Part shown: piece after piece, positions 28,830 to 39,007 of the stretch
Layout of the letters: the number at the start of each line of letters is the position of its first letter
How positions within the stretch are numbered: position 1 is the stretch's first letter
Assembly: GCA_016213925.1 (NCBI GenBank)
Contig: JACQZH010000041.1
Location: 73,352 to 137,351 of the forward strand
Origin: Candidatus Omnitrophota bacterium
Lineage (GTDB): Bacteria > Omnitrophota > Gorgyraeia > B26-G9
Length of the DNA stretch: 64,000 bases
Reading direction: 5' to 3'
Notes under the pieces: model-generated
Seen by the model: only the letters and a program-made list of their open reading frames with translations
Database searches by the model: none
What the model was told of the DNA's origin: nothing
Made by a program: the position numbers and the translations under genes

Positions 28830-29831
28830 ATGACAATTTCTTATAAAATTGCTACTGCTTTGCAGTTTGCGAAAGCGAAATTATTGAAGCGGAAAATTCC
28901 TTTGATTGTCAGCTGGGCGATTACTTATCGGTGTAATCAGGCCTGCCTATATTGCCAATGGCCAAAAGTTAATTCCTTGGAAGTTTCTACGAAAGAAGCA
29001 TGCTTAATTATTGATAAGCTTGGTTTCTTGGGAACAAAAAGGATTAATTTTACCGGAGGAGAACCGCTTTTACGGAAAGATATTTCGGAATTGGTAGATT
29101 ACATAAAAAACCGCAAGATGTTTGTGTGTATAAACTCTAATGGGGTTTTAATCCCAACTAAAATTACCCGCTTAAAACGGCTTGATCTGCTTAATTTGAG
29201 TTTGGAAGGTCCTGTAGAAATTCATGACTGTATTAGAGGTGCCGGAGGATATGCTGCGGTTATGGCGGCGGCAGAATCAGCGCGCTTAGCTGGTGTGAAC
29301 GTAAAACTTACAGCAACAATAAACAATTTAAATGCTTGTGTCCTAGAGTATATCATAAAAATAGCCTGGAAATTGAACCTGGAAGTTACTTTTCAAGTGG
29401 TGGATGATTATAAACTCGGTTGTTTGTCGGAAAACCCGCTTAAGTTAAAATCAGGAGAATTGCAAAAAGCACTTAGCTTAATTATCGCGTACAAGAAACA
29501 ATCTAAGTATAAGGCGGTCATCGGTAATTCTTTGGCGTTACTGGAATATCTTTTGCAGTGGCCTAATCTGGTACCGCTTAAATGTGCGTCCGGAAATATT
29601 GTTTTCCGGATTACCCCTGACGCAAAACTTTTTACCTGTGCTGCGGCTACATTTAAGGAGTTGGCGGTTAGTAATAATTGGATTGATCTTAAAGATAATA
29701 ATGTTAAGGAGATAAAAGCAGTACTTAAGGGTTTTGATTTTTTAAATATTAAATGTGTTTGTTCCTGCAGCAACAGATTGGCAGTTAGTTTGCTCTGGGA
29801 CATGAGTTTGCGGCTAAAAAAAAAGTTTTGA
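28830..29831 (+). CDS. radical SAM-SPASM/twitch protein (paralog of 33596..34606)
   Basis: SWAITYRCNQACLYC, TGGEPLLRKD, C-terminal Cys cluster (LKCASG...FTCAAA...CVCSC). Confidence 0.65.
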   Translation: MTISYKIATALQFAKAKLLKRKIPLIVSWAITYRCNQACLYCQWPKVNSLEVSTKEACLIIDKLGFLGTKRINFTGGEPLLRKDISELVDYIKNRKMFVCINSNGVLIPTKITRLKRLDLLNLSLEGPVEIHDCIRGAGGYAAVMAAAESARLAGVNVKLTATINNLNACVLEYIIKIAWKLNLEVTFQVVDDYKLGCLSENPLKLKSGELQKALSLIIAYKKQSKYKAVIGNSLALLEYLLQWPNLVPLKCASGNIVFRITPDAKLFTCAAATFKELAVSNNWIDLKDNNVKEIKAVLKGFDFLNIKCVCSCSNRLAVSLLWDMSLRLKKKF

Positions 29832-29847
29832 AAATATACGAGGTCGG

Positions 29848-31434
29848 ATGGGAATAAAAAAAATCGACAAACAGGTATGGCTTTTAGCGGTTATCCTTTT
29901 GGGGCTGCTAGTACGGCTTTTTAATCTAGGATCCCAAAGTCTATGGATTACAGAAGCAAGGATTGTATGTTTCTCCCAAAAACCAATTAATGAACTTTTT
30001 GATTTTAGCGGCGCATATAGACCGTTGTATTTGATTCTGGCAAAACTCTGGATAACCTTGTTTGGGACAAGCGAGGTATCAGTGCGTTTTTTACCGGTGA
30101 TTTTCGGGGTAATATCTTTATTTTTTATTTATAAAACAGGGGAGCTATTGTTTAATAAGCGAACCGGATTGTTGAGTGCTTTTATTCTTTCTCTTTCACC
30201 GTTTCATGTATATTTTTCTCGGCAAGGCAAAGGAGTTTATTCTTTGCTTGTTTTGTTGACATTGCTTTCTTTTTTGACCATGCTTAAAATTATACGGGAA
30301 AATAAGTGGAAATATTATATTATGAATATATTATTACATATATTGATATTGCTGACTCATCCCTTGAGTTTATTTTGGCTTTTTACACAGAATGCGTGCT
30401 ATTTTTTTTCCGGTAGCGCCAAGAATACAAGGCGTTGGTTGGTATCAATGTTAATCATAGTATTTATTTTAATCCCGTGGTATTTTTTTATTATTGCTTA
30501 TAAACCAGATCGGTATGCAGCTAATTTTTTTAGGCCTGGTCTGGATATTTTTCCGCAAATTATCGAAATTTTCAGCTGCGGAGGGTCAAGGATTACAGGA
30601 GCTGGAGAAGGGTATTATGTTTCTTTTGCTAATATGATTTCCCCCTGGATACTGACCGGAGTTTATGTTTTTATATTTTTATCTGCAGTATTCATCAAGA
30701 GCGGACAAGTGCCATCCCAAAATGATCAGCAAAAAACTAAAGGTATAGTAAGATATAAACTTGTACTTATGATTTGGTTACTATTACCTTTAATTCTGAT
30801 ATATTTATATTCAATAATTGTCCGGCCGGTTTATTGGCCGCGTTATGTAATTTATTCTGCGCCGGCTTATTATTTGCTTTTAGGGTATTTTATATCCAAA
30901 CAGAGCATCAAACAACGGACAATTATCTTGAGTTTGATCGTGATTTTATCGGTATTTTCATTAAGGAATATTTATGTGCCGGGTAGAACTGGAGACTACA
31001 GGCAGGCGATTAATTTTTTGAAAGAGAATTTAGGTGATAACGACACTTTTATAATTTCGCCTGGAGAAATGATGGAAGTGTTATGGTACTATCTGGAGTA
31101 TGATCACCACAAGATTTTAGGTTGTATTGATGATCAGCGTGGAATGAAAATCAATGATAATTGGGAAAACGACTTTGAATATAATGGGCATAGGGTCATA
31201 AGTTTGCGCTTTGACCAGATATCGCAGTTTTCCGAACAATTCAATTTTGAAAGGTTTAATCTAGGAGAAAATAAGATTTGGTTTTTTTATAGTCCGTGGT
31301 GGGCGCTTAACTCTAATTCTAAATTTCTGGATAACTTTTTAAACAAAAAATATTATTTAAAGTTTGAAAAACTTTTTGCGCACGATGGGTTTTATATAAA
31401 ATGCTTTGTACCGCGCAATAAAAATACAGAATAG
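29848..31434 (+). CDS. ArnT/PMT-like GT-C glycosyltransferase (GT39/GT83 family)
   Basis: SLWITEARIV (compare the ArnT LWxDEA motif) and YRPLYLILAKLWITLFG; more than 10 TM helices. Confidence 0.5.
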   Translation: MGIKKIDKQVWLLAVILLGLLVRLFNLGSQSLWITEARIVCFSQKPINELFDFSGAYRPLYLILAKLWITLFGTSEVSVRFLPVIFGVISLFFIYKTGELLFNKRTGLLSAFILSLSPFHVYFSRQGKGVYSLLVLLTLLSFLTMLKIIRENKWKYYIMNILLHILILLTHPLSLFWLFTQNACYFFSGSAKNTRRWLVSMLIIVFILIPWYFFIIAYKPDRYAANFFRPGLDIFPQIIEIFSCGGSRITGAGEGYYVSFANMISPWILTGVYVFIFLSAVFIKSGQVPSQNDQQKTKGIVRYKLVLMIWLLLPLILIYLYSIIVRPVYWPRYVIYSAPAYYLLLGYFISKQSIKQRTIILSLIVILSVFSLRNIYVPGRTGDYRQAINFLKENLGDNDTFIISPGEMMEVLWYYLEYDHHKILGCIDDQRGMKINDNWENDFEYNGHRVISLRFDQISQFSEQFNFERFNLGENKIWFFYSPWWALNSNSKFLDNFLNKKYYLKFEKLFAHDGFYIKCFVPRNKNTE

Positions 31435-31452
31435 CATAAATAGGTAAAATAA

Positions 31453-33357
31453 ATGTCAGGGATTTGCGGCCAATATTTTTTTCAGTCAGGTAAGCGGGTA
31501 AGCAAGGAGTTAATCGCAAAAATGAGTGCACGCTTGTATGGCTGTGCACTTGATGAAGCTAGGGGGTGGGTTCAAGATAATATCGGGTTAGGCATTGAAA
31601 TGTGGCATATCAAAGATTATGAGAACGCTCGTCAGCCGTTTTGTAATGAGGACGGAAGTATTTTTGTGTCTTTTAACGGAAAAATATATAACTATTATGA
31701 AATTAAAGCATTTCTAATTAAAAAAGGACACACCCTGATTAATCATTGCGATGCGGAAATTATCAGCCATATGTATGAAGAATTCGGTTTGGAATTTGCG
31801 GAACGCATAAACGGGATGTTTACCATTGCCCTCTTTGATAAAAAAAAGAGTTTTTTTTTATTGGTACGGGACAGGCTTGGCATTAAACCTCTTTATTACA
31901 GCATGGGTGAAGGTGGGATAACATTTTCCTCTACGCTTCGTTCACTTTTGCAAGCGAAGCATGTTCCGGATGCTTTAGATGAAATGGGAATTAATTTTTA
32001 TTTTACGTTTAATTATTTCCCTTGCGAGTATACTCCGTTTAAAAAAATAAATAAACTTTTGCCTGGGCATTATTTGATTGCCGAAGAGGAAAAGATAGAA
32101 ATTAGAAGCTATTGGCAGTTTAATTTTCAGCGGCAAAAGCATAGAAGCGAACATGATTATATCGATGAATTTAAATCGATATTTAATGATGCCGTAACTA
32201 GGCAATCTGTACCAGATGCACCGGTAGGAATTTTCCTAAGCGGAGGAATTGATTCTGCTGGACTGGCGTATTATGCGAATATAGGCAATCCTAGTCTCAA
32301 GACTTTTAGTGTTGGATTCCGAGAGAAAACTTTTGATGAGCGTCCGTATTCCCGCTATTTGAAACGCTTTCTTAAAACACAGCATTATGAAATGGAATTG
32401 CCGGAAGATCTAGGTTCATTAATGAACGTGATTTCTACTTCTCTTGATATGCCTGTGGGAGAGGGCTCTTATGTCCCGCTTTTTGTATTATCGGACTTTG
32501 CTAAAAGGCATGTAGGGGTAGTTCTTTCTGGGGAAGGTGCAGACGCATTATTTGGCGGATGCCAGACGTATATCGCCGATATCGCGGCAAAGTATTGTTT
32601 TTGGCTCCCCTGCTTGATTAGAATACATTTATCAAAAATATTGTTGCATATGCTGCCAAGACAAGAGACATGGATGAATATTCGTTTTATGCTGGAATTG
32701 TTTTTAAAAGGGATAAAAGACAAGCGGTTTATTCCGCATTATTTTTGGAGAGAAATATTTACGGAAGAAGAAAAAGAATTATTATATGCTCCTGATTTTC
32801 TTAAGATAAATAATAAAAATCAATTTATGGGGCAGGCATATTCATTGTTTGAAAAAAACTTTTTTGCGGCAAAGTCAGACAATTTTTTGGAACAGGCACT
32901 ATTTTTCGATACTGCCGTTTGCTTGCCGGATGGGATGCTGCAGCGGGTTGATATGGCAAGTATGCATAGTTCTTTAGAAGTAAGAGTTCCTTTTTTAGAT
33001 AACAACCTAGTTGATTTTGCCTCAGGCCTGCCGTTGCATCAGAAGATAAGGTTTCTGGAAGGAAAGCACCTAATGCATAAGGCACTCAAGGGGGTTTTAC
33101 CAGAAAAAATAATATCTCGGAGCAAACATGGTATGAGTGCCCCAGTGAGCAAATGGCTTCGGTCAGACCTAAAAGTATTCGCACATGAAAGATTCCGGTA
33201 TGCCGCTAAAGATCTAGAAAAGATTATAAACAGGGAATATCTTCTAAAGCTTTTTAACCGGCATTGCGAAGGCAAATTCGATTATGGAAGAAAACTTTGG
33301 AATATGTTAATTTTTTTTCTTTGGGCGGATGATATCAAGAGGGAAAACGTTGAATGA
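31453..33357 (+). CDS. asparagine synthetase-like amidotransferase (AsnB family)
   Basis: Class II glutamine-amidotransferase-like N-domain plus PP-loop SGGIDS. The N-terminus reads MSGICG, so the usual Cys2 nucleophile is displaced. Confidence 0.7.
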   Translation: MSGICGQYFFQSGKRVSKELIAKMSARLYGCALDEARGWVQDNIGLGIEMWHIKDYENARQPFCNEDGSIFVSFNGKIYNYYEIKAFLIKKGHTLINHCDAEIISHMYEEFGLEFAERINGMFTIALFDKKKSFFLLVRDRLGIKPLYYSMGEGGITFSSTLRSLLQAKHVPDALDEMGINFYFTFNYFPCEYTPFKKINKLLPGHYLIAEEEKIEIRSYWQFNFQRQKHRSEHDYIDEFKSIFNDAVTRQSVPDAPVGIFLSGGIDSAGLAYYANIGNPSLKTFSVGFREKTFDERPYSRYLKRFLKTQHYEMELPEDLGSLMNVISTSLDMPVGEGSYVPLFVLSDFAKRHVGVVLSGEGADALFGGCQTYIADIAAKYCFWLPCLIRIHLSKILLHMLPRQETWMNIRFMLELFLKGIKDKRFIPHYFWREIFTEEEKELLYAPDFLKINNKNQFMGQAYSLFEKNFFAAKSDNFLEQALFFDTAVCLPDGMLQRVDMASMHSSLEVRVPFLDNNLVDFASGLPLHQKIRFLEGKHLMHKALKGVLPEKIISRSKHGMSAPVSKWLRSDLKVFAHERFRYAAKDLEKIINREYLLKLFNRHCEGKFDYGRKLWNMLIFFLWADDIKRENVE

Positions 33358-33367
33358 AATCGCGATT

Positions 33368-33586
33368 ATGCAGCCTGGCTACCTGCCATGACTGGGATTT
33401 TTAAAGCTTATGAGCAAGTCGGATTTATTGGTATTCCTTGATGATGAAGGAATACCAATAGAATTTCATGATTATAAACATCCGGAATATATGCAGGTTT
33501 ATAAGCCGTTTATTCCGTATGTGTCAGCTTTAGATTTGTGGTTTAATTGTGGTAAAGATAGTTTGAGGATTATTAATGGAGAATAG
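33368..33586 (+). pseudogene. WbqC-like protein remnant (internal deletion plus in-frame TGA)
   Basis: MQPGYLP*LGFLKLMSKSDLLVFLDDE ... YMQVYKPFIPYVSALDLWFNCG matches the N- and C-terminal ends of the WbqC-like family. Only 72 codons remain, with TGA at 33389-33391 where the family has a conserved aromatic residue. Confidence 0.4.
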
Positions 33587-33595
33587 AATGATGTT

Positions 33596-34606
33596 ATGAA
33601 TGTAAAACAGGTACAAATGTTTGCCCGGTTTATGATGGCTAGGATTACAAAAAAGAGTATTCCGTTATTTATCAGCTGGGCGTTGACTAATCGCTGTAAT
33701 TGCCGATGTTATTATTGCTGGGGATTGGAAAGGGAAGAAGCGGAACTGGGAACGGAGCAGATATTTGCGTTTATCGATGCTTTAAAAGACTTAGGGACAA
33801 TGCGAATCCATTTTACAGGAGGAGAACCTTTGCTTCGGGATGATTTTAGCCGCATTGTCGCACATGCAAATTTCAGAGGGGTTTCCGTTGGTCTTGCGAC
33901 TAACGGTATCTTGTTGCCGCAAAAATTAGATTTGCTTAAAAAAAATATTGATCGAGTAGCCATAAGTTTTGATGGCCCAAAAGAGGTTCATGAAAGAGTA
34001 AAAGGTAAGGGTGCGTACGCTAATGTTTTAGCAGCTTTAGAAAAGCTCAAGGATACGGATATTGAGGTGATATTGATGATGACGTTACATAGAGATAATA
34101 CAACTATTTCCTGCGTGAAATATGCTTTAGAGACAGCGCATAAATATAGTGCCAGAATAGTATTTCAGCCTGCGGTTGATTATGAGCATTTAGATGAAGG
34201 CTCGGCTTTTTTTTCACCGGCAACGGCTGATTATCAGCAGGTAATGGACTATATTATCAAAAGAAAAGTATCGGATAAAGGAAATATTATATTCAACAGC
34301 CCGAAAGTATTGTATTTTTTGAAAAGTTGGCCACAAGGGGAAATGATAAAGGACTGTCCTTGCGGTAAAATATATTGGAGAATAAGGGCAGATGGTTTAA
34401 TTTGTCCCTGTGGATGGAGAAGAGCAGATATAATAGAACGGAAAAATACAAATGAGCCGATTTTAAAGGATGAATTTCAGGAGTTAAAGAAACTAAATAG
34501 TAGGAGTTGTCATAAGTGTTGGTGTGCGCCGAGACTAGAATTGACATATATCTGGAATCTTGACCTACGGACTATTATTAATGCTTGTTGTGGTAGTAAA
34601 CGATAA
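33596..34606 (+). CDS. radical SAM-SPASM/twitch protein
   Basis: SWALTNRCNCRCYYC, TGGEPLLRDD, C-terminus CPCG...CPCGW...CHKCWC. Confidence 0.65.
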   Translation: MNVKQVQMFARFMMARITKKSIPLFISWALTNRCNCRCYYCWGLEREEAELGTEQIFAFIDALKDLGTMRIHFTGGEPLLRDDFSRIVAHANFRGVSVGLATNGILLPQKLDLLKKNIDRVAISFDGPKEVHERVKGKGAYANVLAALEKLKDTDIEVILMMTLHRDNTTISCVKYALETAHKYSARIVFQPAVDYEHLDEGSAFFSPATADYQQVMDYIIKRKVSDKGNIIFNSPKVLYFLKSWPQGEMIKDCPCGKIYWRIRADGLICPCGWRRADIIERKNTNEPILKDEFQELKKLNSRSCHKCWCAPRLELTYIWNLDLRTIINACCGSKR

Positions 34607-34649
34607 ATTTTCATGCTTCAATTATTGTAATTATGGGATATAAAGAGTA

Positions 34650-35519
34650 ATGTGGGACAAATTAATCACTAATTTTTTTATAAAGTTGTTTACTTTTTTA
34701 ATCTATCTTTTGTGTATTTTTTCAACGGATGTATTTGCTGTTGAAGAAGGTTGTTTTAAGCTTTGTCCGTGGAAGGTTGGACAATTTGTTGAATATCAGA
34801 TAATTAGTTTCGAGAATGTGGGAAAGGAACATAGATATTTAATCTCCATAATAGGTAAGGAGAATATTGATGATAGGGATTATTTTTGGATCAGGCTTGA
34901 TATTTATGAACAGGAAAGACAGATTTCCTTTGAAGCGCTGGTTGAGCCTTTTAATGAGGTCTATTTTTCTGAAGAGCCTGAAATCTATATATCGAAAGGC
35001 ATAATGTTTTTGTTTAAAAATGCACATAGGTTTTTTATCGAGTTGCCGGACAATTCTCGTTATGGGATTCATCTCCGTGATATTTCTAATCCGCCGGATA
35101 TCCTAAACGGTACATTTTATAAGGAAGTTCCTGATGAAAAAAATCGAGTGGACTATTCAAAGCTTAATTTTACGCAAGAAAAAGATAAAGTTTCCGTTCC
35201 GGCGGGGAAGTTTGATTGTTACCGTTTTTGGGTTGATACCAAGGAAGACGATGATTATACGGATGAAGGATTTATAATGTGGAGAAGTCCTGATGTCCCA
35301 TTTTTGGGGGTGGTAAAAATGGAATTTTCTATAACTGAATTTAGCAAAAAGCTTAACTACAGATATCGCAGACAAATAGCGCATGGAAACTGGTTCGTAC
35401 GCCTATATGCATGGTTTTTAGTAAGAACAGTTCCAGAGCAAGAGCGAAAGGATAATTGTGCAGTTAAACTTTTGTCATATGGGTATAAAGAAAACATTAG
35501 CAGGGAGGATCTTTTTTGA
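34650..35519 (+). CDS. secreted hypothetical protein (distant paralog of 44270..44974)
   Basis: Signal peptide. Shares the block VSVPAGKFDCY with VTTPAGNYKDC in 44270..44974. Confidence 0.4.
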   Translation: MWDKLITNFFIKLFTFLIYLLCIFSTDVFAVEEGCFKLCPWKVGQFVEYQIISFENVGKEHRYLISIIGKENIDDRDYFWIRLDIYEQERQISFEALVEPFNEVYFSEEPEIYISKGIMFLFKNAHRFFIELPDNSRYGIHLRDISNPPDILNGTFYKEVPDEKNRVDYSKLNFTQEKDKVSVPAGKFDCYRFWVDTKEDDDYTDEGFIMWRSPDVPFLGVVKMEFSITEFSKKLNYRYRRQIAHGNWFVRLYAWFLVRTVPEQERKDNCAVKLLSYGYKENISREDLF

Positions 35520-37327
35520 TAAATAATTTTAAAACAAAAAAGAATGATTTATTCGCAGTGCTTACCGTGATTAGCGCTGTTTTTTTGTATACTTTACCGT
35601 TATTGTTGCGTTTAGGTAAGGCAGCGACATTAACCCATAAAAATTGTATTACTGCCTGGTATCGCGCTTATTTTTTTGGACTTTATCCTTATGTTAGTAT
35701 GTTTTTAGAACGGCAATTCCCTTTATGGTGTCCTTTTCGCGAAGGAGGATTTCCTTGGATTGTATTTCCAGTAGAATTATCATGCAATTTATTCTCATTG
35801 TTTATGCTGCCGATGGGAGTAGTGCGCGGCCTTAATTTTGGCTGGTATATTCTATATTTTGTTGGTGCTCTATCGATGTTTTATTTAACAAGAAAAGTTT
35901 TAAAATATAATGTTTATGGAGCTACTTATTCTTCTATCGTTTTTTCAATGTGCGGATTTTTTTCTTTTATGCAGACGTTGAGGCTTAATACCAGAGAAAC
36001 ACTGTTATTGCCGCTTTTGGTTGTATTTTTGTTAAAGTCAAAACAAGATAATAGATTTATCATATTTACATCTCTAGTATTAAGCTTATTCGTAAATTCC
36101 TTATTTTTTTTCCCGGTAGTTGTTTTGTTCCTCTTTCTGGTTGCTGTTTTAAATACATTTAAGAAAGATAATTTTTTGTTAATTATAGAAAAAAGATATC
36201 TGGTCATATTTACGGTCAGTTTAATAGTAGCCCTATTTTTATCGGCATACAAATTACTGCCTATAATGGAACTCTTAAAAGTAGATAGAAGAGTTTATGA
36301 GTTAGCATACAATAAGGCTATTGTAGGAGCAAATACGTTTTCTTTGCTGGCTAGGCATATGTTTATTCCAGAAAATTCAAATGTCGGGACAATGTATCTA
36401 GGATTTTTACCGGTATTGTTGTGTCTATTTTCTGTTATATTGTACTTCAAACATGTAAAAAAATGGTTCATTATTCTAGTTATTTTTATTATTATTACTT
36501 TTGGGCCGAACTCTTTTTTTGACTTGAATTATTTGCTTTGGCATTTACCGATTTTAAAATCAATCCGCGAAATTTCAAAATACTATTCGCTTATAACAGT
36601 ATTTCTTATAAGCTTGATTTGTGGTAGATTTTTCCCTGTTATCTCAAGGTTGAAAAAAGGAAAGTCCCGGAGCGTTTTGCCAGTGATTATAATCCTCATT
36701 ACGTTTATCGATCTTTTGTCATCCAATATCGGGTATTTTAATATTTATAATACTGATCTAATATTGCGAAAACCTAGAAATTATGTTGCTCATGTTAAAG
36801 CAATTAATGTGCATAAAGGGGACGAAGGCGGGATCGAACCATTACGTCTTTCATTATACTTAAATGGTTTTGGTTTGATCAATGCGCAGTATCATAACAG
36901 CATAAAATATTTTAAGGACACCTTTGTTACTCCTAAATATTTTGTTATGCCAGAGTATGTGTTTATTGCGCCCAGCACAAAAGTATTTGTGCTTTTAAAT
37001 CCAGCTTACAGAGCGGAGGCTTACTTTTTTAATGAGAAAAACCGGGTGGATTATTTTTCGATTACACCCGGATCTATTGATATAAAAGCAAATATTTCCG
37101 AGCCGGACACGATAATTATAAATCAAAAATATTCAAAAGGCTGGAAATCAGAATATGGGGAAACGTTCAATTCCAACGGACTTTTGGCAGTGAAAATGGC
37201 AAAAATAGGAGAGCAGAGCATTCGTTTGAAATATATACCGGGATTCTTTTATAGGGGGATAGTGATCTCCGTGTTAACATTATTGGCTATTTGCTGCGCA
37301 TTTTTTTATCTGGTAAAGAGGATTTGA
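35516..37327 (+). CDS. polytopic membrane protein (unknown family)
   Basis: More than 10 hydrophobic helices; TTG start per ORF track; no motif recognised. Confidence 0.4.
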   Translation: MINNFKTKKNDLFAVLTVISAVFLYTLPLLLRLGKAATLTHKNCITAWYRAYFFGLYPYVSMFLERQFPLWCPFREGGFPWIVFPVELSCNLFSLFMLPMGVVRGLNFGWYILYFVGALSMFYLTRKVLKYNVYGATYSSIVFSMCGFFSFMQTLRLNTRETLLLPLLVVFLLKSKQDNRFIIFTSLVLSLFVNSLFFFPVVVLFLFLVAVLNTFKKDNFLLIIEKRYLVIFTVSLIVALFLSAYKLLPIMELLKVDRRVYELAYNKAIVGANTFSLLARHMFIPENSNVGTMYLGFLPVLLCLFSVILYFKHVKKWFIILVIFIIITFGPNSFFDLNYLLWHLPILKSIREISKYYSLITVFLISLICGRFFPVISRLKKGKSRSVLPVIIILITFIDLLSSNIGYFNIYNTDLILRKPRNYVAHVKAINVHKGDEGGIEPLRLSLYLNGFGLINAQYHNSIKYFKDTFVTPKYFVMPEYVFIAPSTKVFVLLNPAYRAEAYFFNEKNRVDYFSITPGSIDIKANISEPDTIIINQKYSKGWKSEYGETFNSNGLLAVKMAKIGEQSIRLKYIPGFFYRGIVISVLTLLAICCAFFYLVKRI

Positions 37328-37417
37328 TATTTAATAATAATTTTCCGGAAAAGGGTTGTAGATTTATAAATTTTCTCTGTTAGGAAAATTATAAATTAGT
37401 AGAATAAGGGCATAAGC

Positions 37418-39007
37418 ATGGACTTTTTAACTTCGGGTAATTGGAAGAAAAACAAGAGGATATATTTTTTATTATTATGGTGTTGTATAATTGTAGGGTT
37501 CATTCTTAGTGTGCTGTTATTAACGAAAGATTATTTTATTTATAATGATGGAGCCTGTTATGCTATTTCGGGAAAGAACTTATTTAGTGGGAATGGGTAT
37601 GAATGTTTTGGCAAGCCGCAACTATGGTTTCCGCCGTTATACCCGATACTTATTGGGGTGGCTGATTTAATAGTAAAGGACTTAGAGTTTGCGGTTCATT
37701 TGGTGTCGATTATGGCATTTTTAATATCGATACCTTTATTTTTTATGGCAGCGGAATTGATGTTTAATGCTCGGGTTGCATGTTTTGCAAGTGTAATTTT
37801 TGTTGTCAATAAGTTGATGTTAGAAATTTCTTATAGTGGGTTTCCCCATGCGCTAGATGTTTTGCTTGCAATTATAATTATTTATTATGGAGTGCATATA
37901 CTCAAAAATACTATTTTAGATATTAAAAAATTTTTTATTCTTGGCTGTTTGTTTGGCTTTTCGATGCTGAACCGAGCAGAAAATATTATCACGTTTTTTT
38001 CTGTGTCCATGGTGCTTGCTATATATAAAAAAGGATGGCAGTTTAAGAGGCTGAAATATTTTATGATAACGTTACTTGTTGCGGCATCGATAATAGCACC
38101 ATATGTAAAGTTTTTACATGTTTATACGGGTAAGTGGACTCTTACTACTAAGTTAATAAATTTAAAGTATTATGAGTATGTGACATCAAATGATGACTTG
38201 GCGCGGGAAAAGAATTCAATGGCAAATTATCATTTCTTGAACATAGGCAAGGGGGATTTTGATATTCTTGAATATGTAAGAAAGAATAAAACAGCGTTAA
38301 TTAAAAGATATGTCCAGGGGGTGATAAAATTGATTAGCCAATTAAATAATATTTTATATGGTTCTGTGTTTGTATGGCTAATTGTATTACTTAGCTTATT
38401 TGGTAAAAATAGAATTGAAAATAGAATAAAAGCTTTGCTTTTTTCAATGCTTGCGATATTTTTAATAATACCTTTTGGTAATGTCCTTAGCAGATATTTT
38501 GCTGCCGGATTGCCAGTATTTTTTTTATTTATGGCTAAAGGGTTGGATAATATGTTTAAAGTTCGGATACGGCTTTTTAGTAGCAAAGCAAATGCTTTAC
38601 TGCGCATTATGATAATAATTGTATTCTTGCTGCCAATGTTTATGGGGGCTTCTGATGTTATGCTAAAAAATAAGGATATACCGATAGAACATAAAAGACT
38701 GGGCATTTGGATGAAGAATAACATACCAGACATATTTGGAAAAAAAATAATAGCTCAGAAAATTTGGAGCACTTTTTATGCAGGAGCTCAATTTTCAGGC
38801 AAAGTGCCTTACCTTGATGATATTGATGAAATTATGCAATTTCTAAAGGAAAGCGAGGCGGATTTTTTAATAGTCGATGAAAGAAGCGTAAAAAAACAGT
38901 TGCATGTACTTGAGCCGCTACTGGATAATGGCGGATATGTTAGTTTAAGCATGATCCATAGTATTAAGAATCCGAAGAGGATTGTACTGTATGAAATCAA
39001 CAGATGA
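37418..39007 (+). CDS. ArnT/PMT_2-like GT-C glycosyltransferase
   Basis: NDGACYAISGKNLFSGNGYE...WFPPLYPILIG is typical of the PMT_2 first-loop region; multi-TM. Confidence 0.45.
   Translation: MDFLTSGNWKKNKRIYFLLLWCCIIVGFILSVLLLTKDYFIYNDGACYAISGKNLFSGNGYECFGKPQLWFPPLYPILIGVADLIVKDLEFAVHLVSIMAFLISIPLFFMAAELMFNARVACFASVIFVVNKLMLEISYSGFPHALDVLLAIIIIYYGVHILKNTILDIKKFFILGCLFGFSMLNRAENIITFFSVSMVLAIYKKGWQFKRLKYFMITLLVAASIIAPYVKFLHVYTGKWTLTTKLINLKYYEYVTSNDDLAREKNSMANYHFLNIGKGDFDILEYVRKNKTALIKRYVQGVIKLISQLNNILYGSVFVWLIVLLSLFGKNRIENRIKALLFSMLAIFLIIPFGNVLSRYFAAGLPVFFLFMAKGLDNMFKVRIRLFSSKANALLRIMIIIVFLLPMFMGASDVMLKNKDIPIEHKRLGIWMKNNIPDIFGKKIIAQKIWSTFYAGAQFSGKVPYLDDIDEIMQFLKESEADFLIVDERSVKKQLHVLEPLLDNGGYVSLSMIHSIKNPKRIVLYEINR

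Noticed and set aside
30774-30986. Plus-strand 70-aa ORF in an alternative frame inside the ArnT-like gene
   Set aside because: It is fully embedded in 29848..31434 in a different frame and has no independent start signals, so it is almost certainly not coding.
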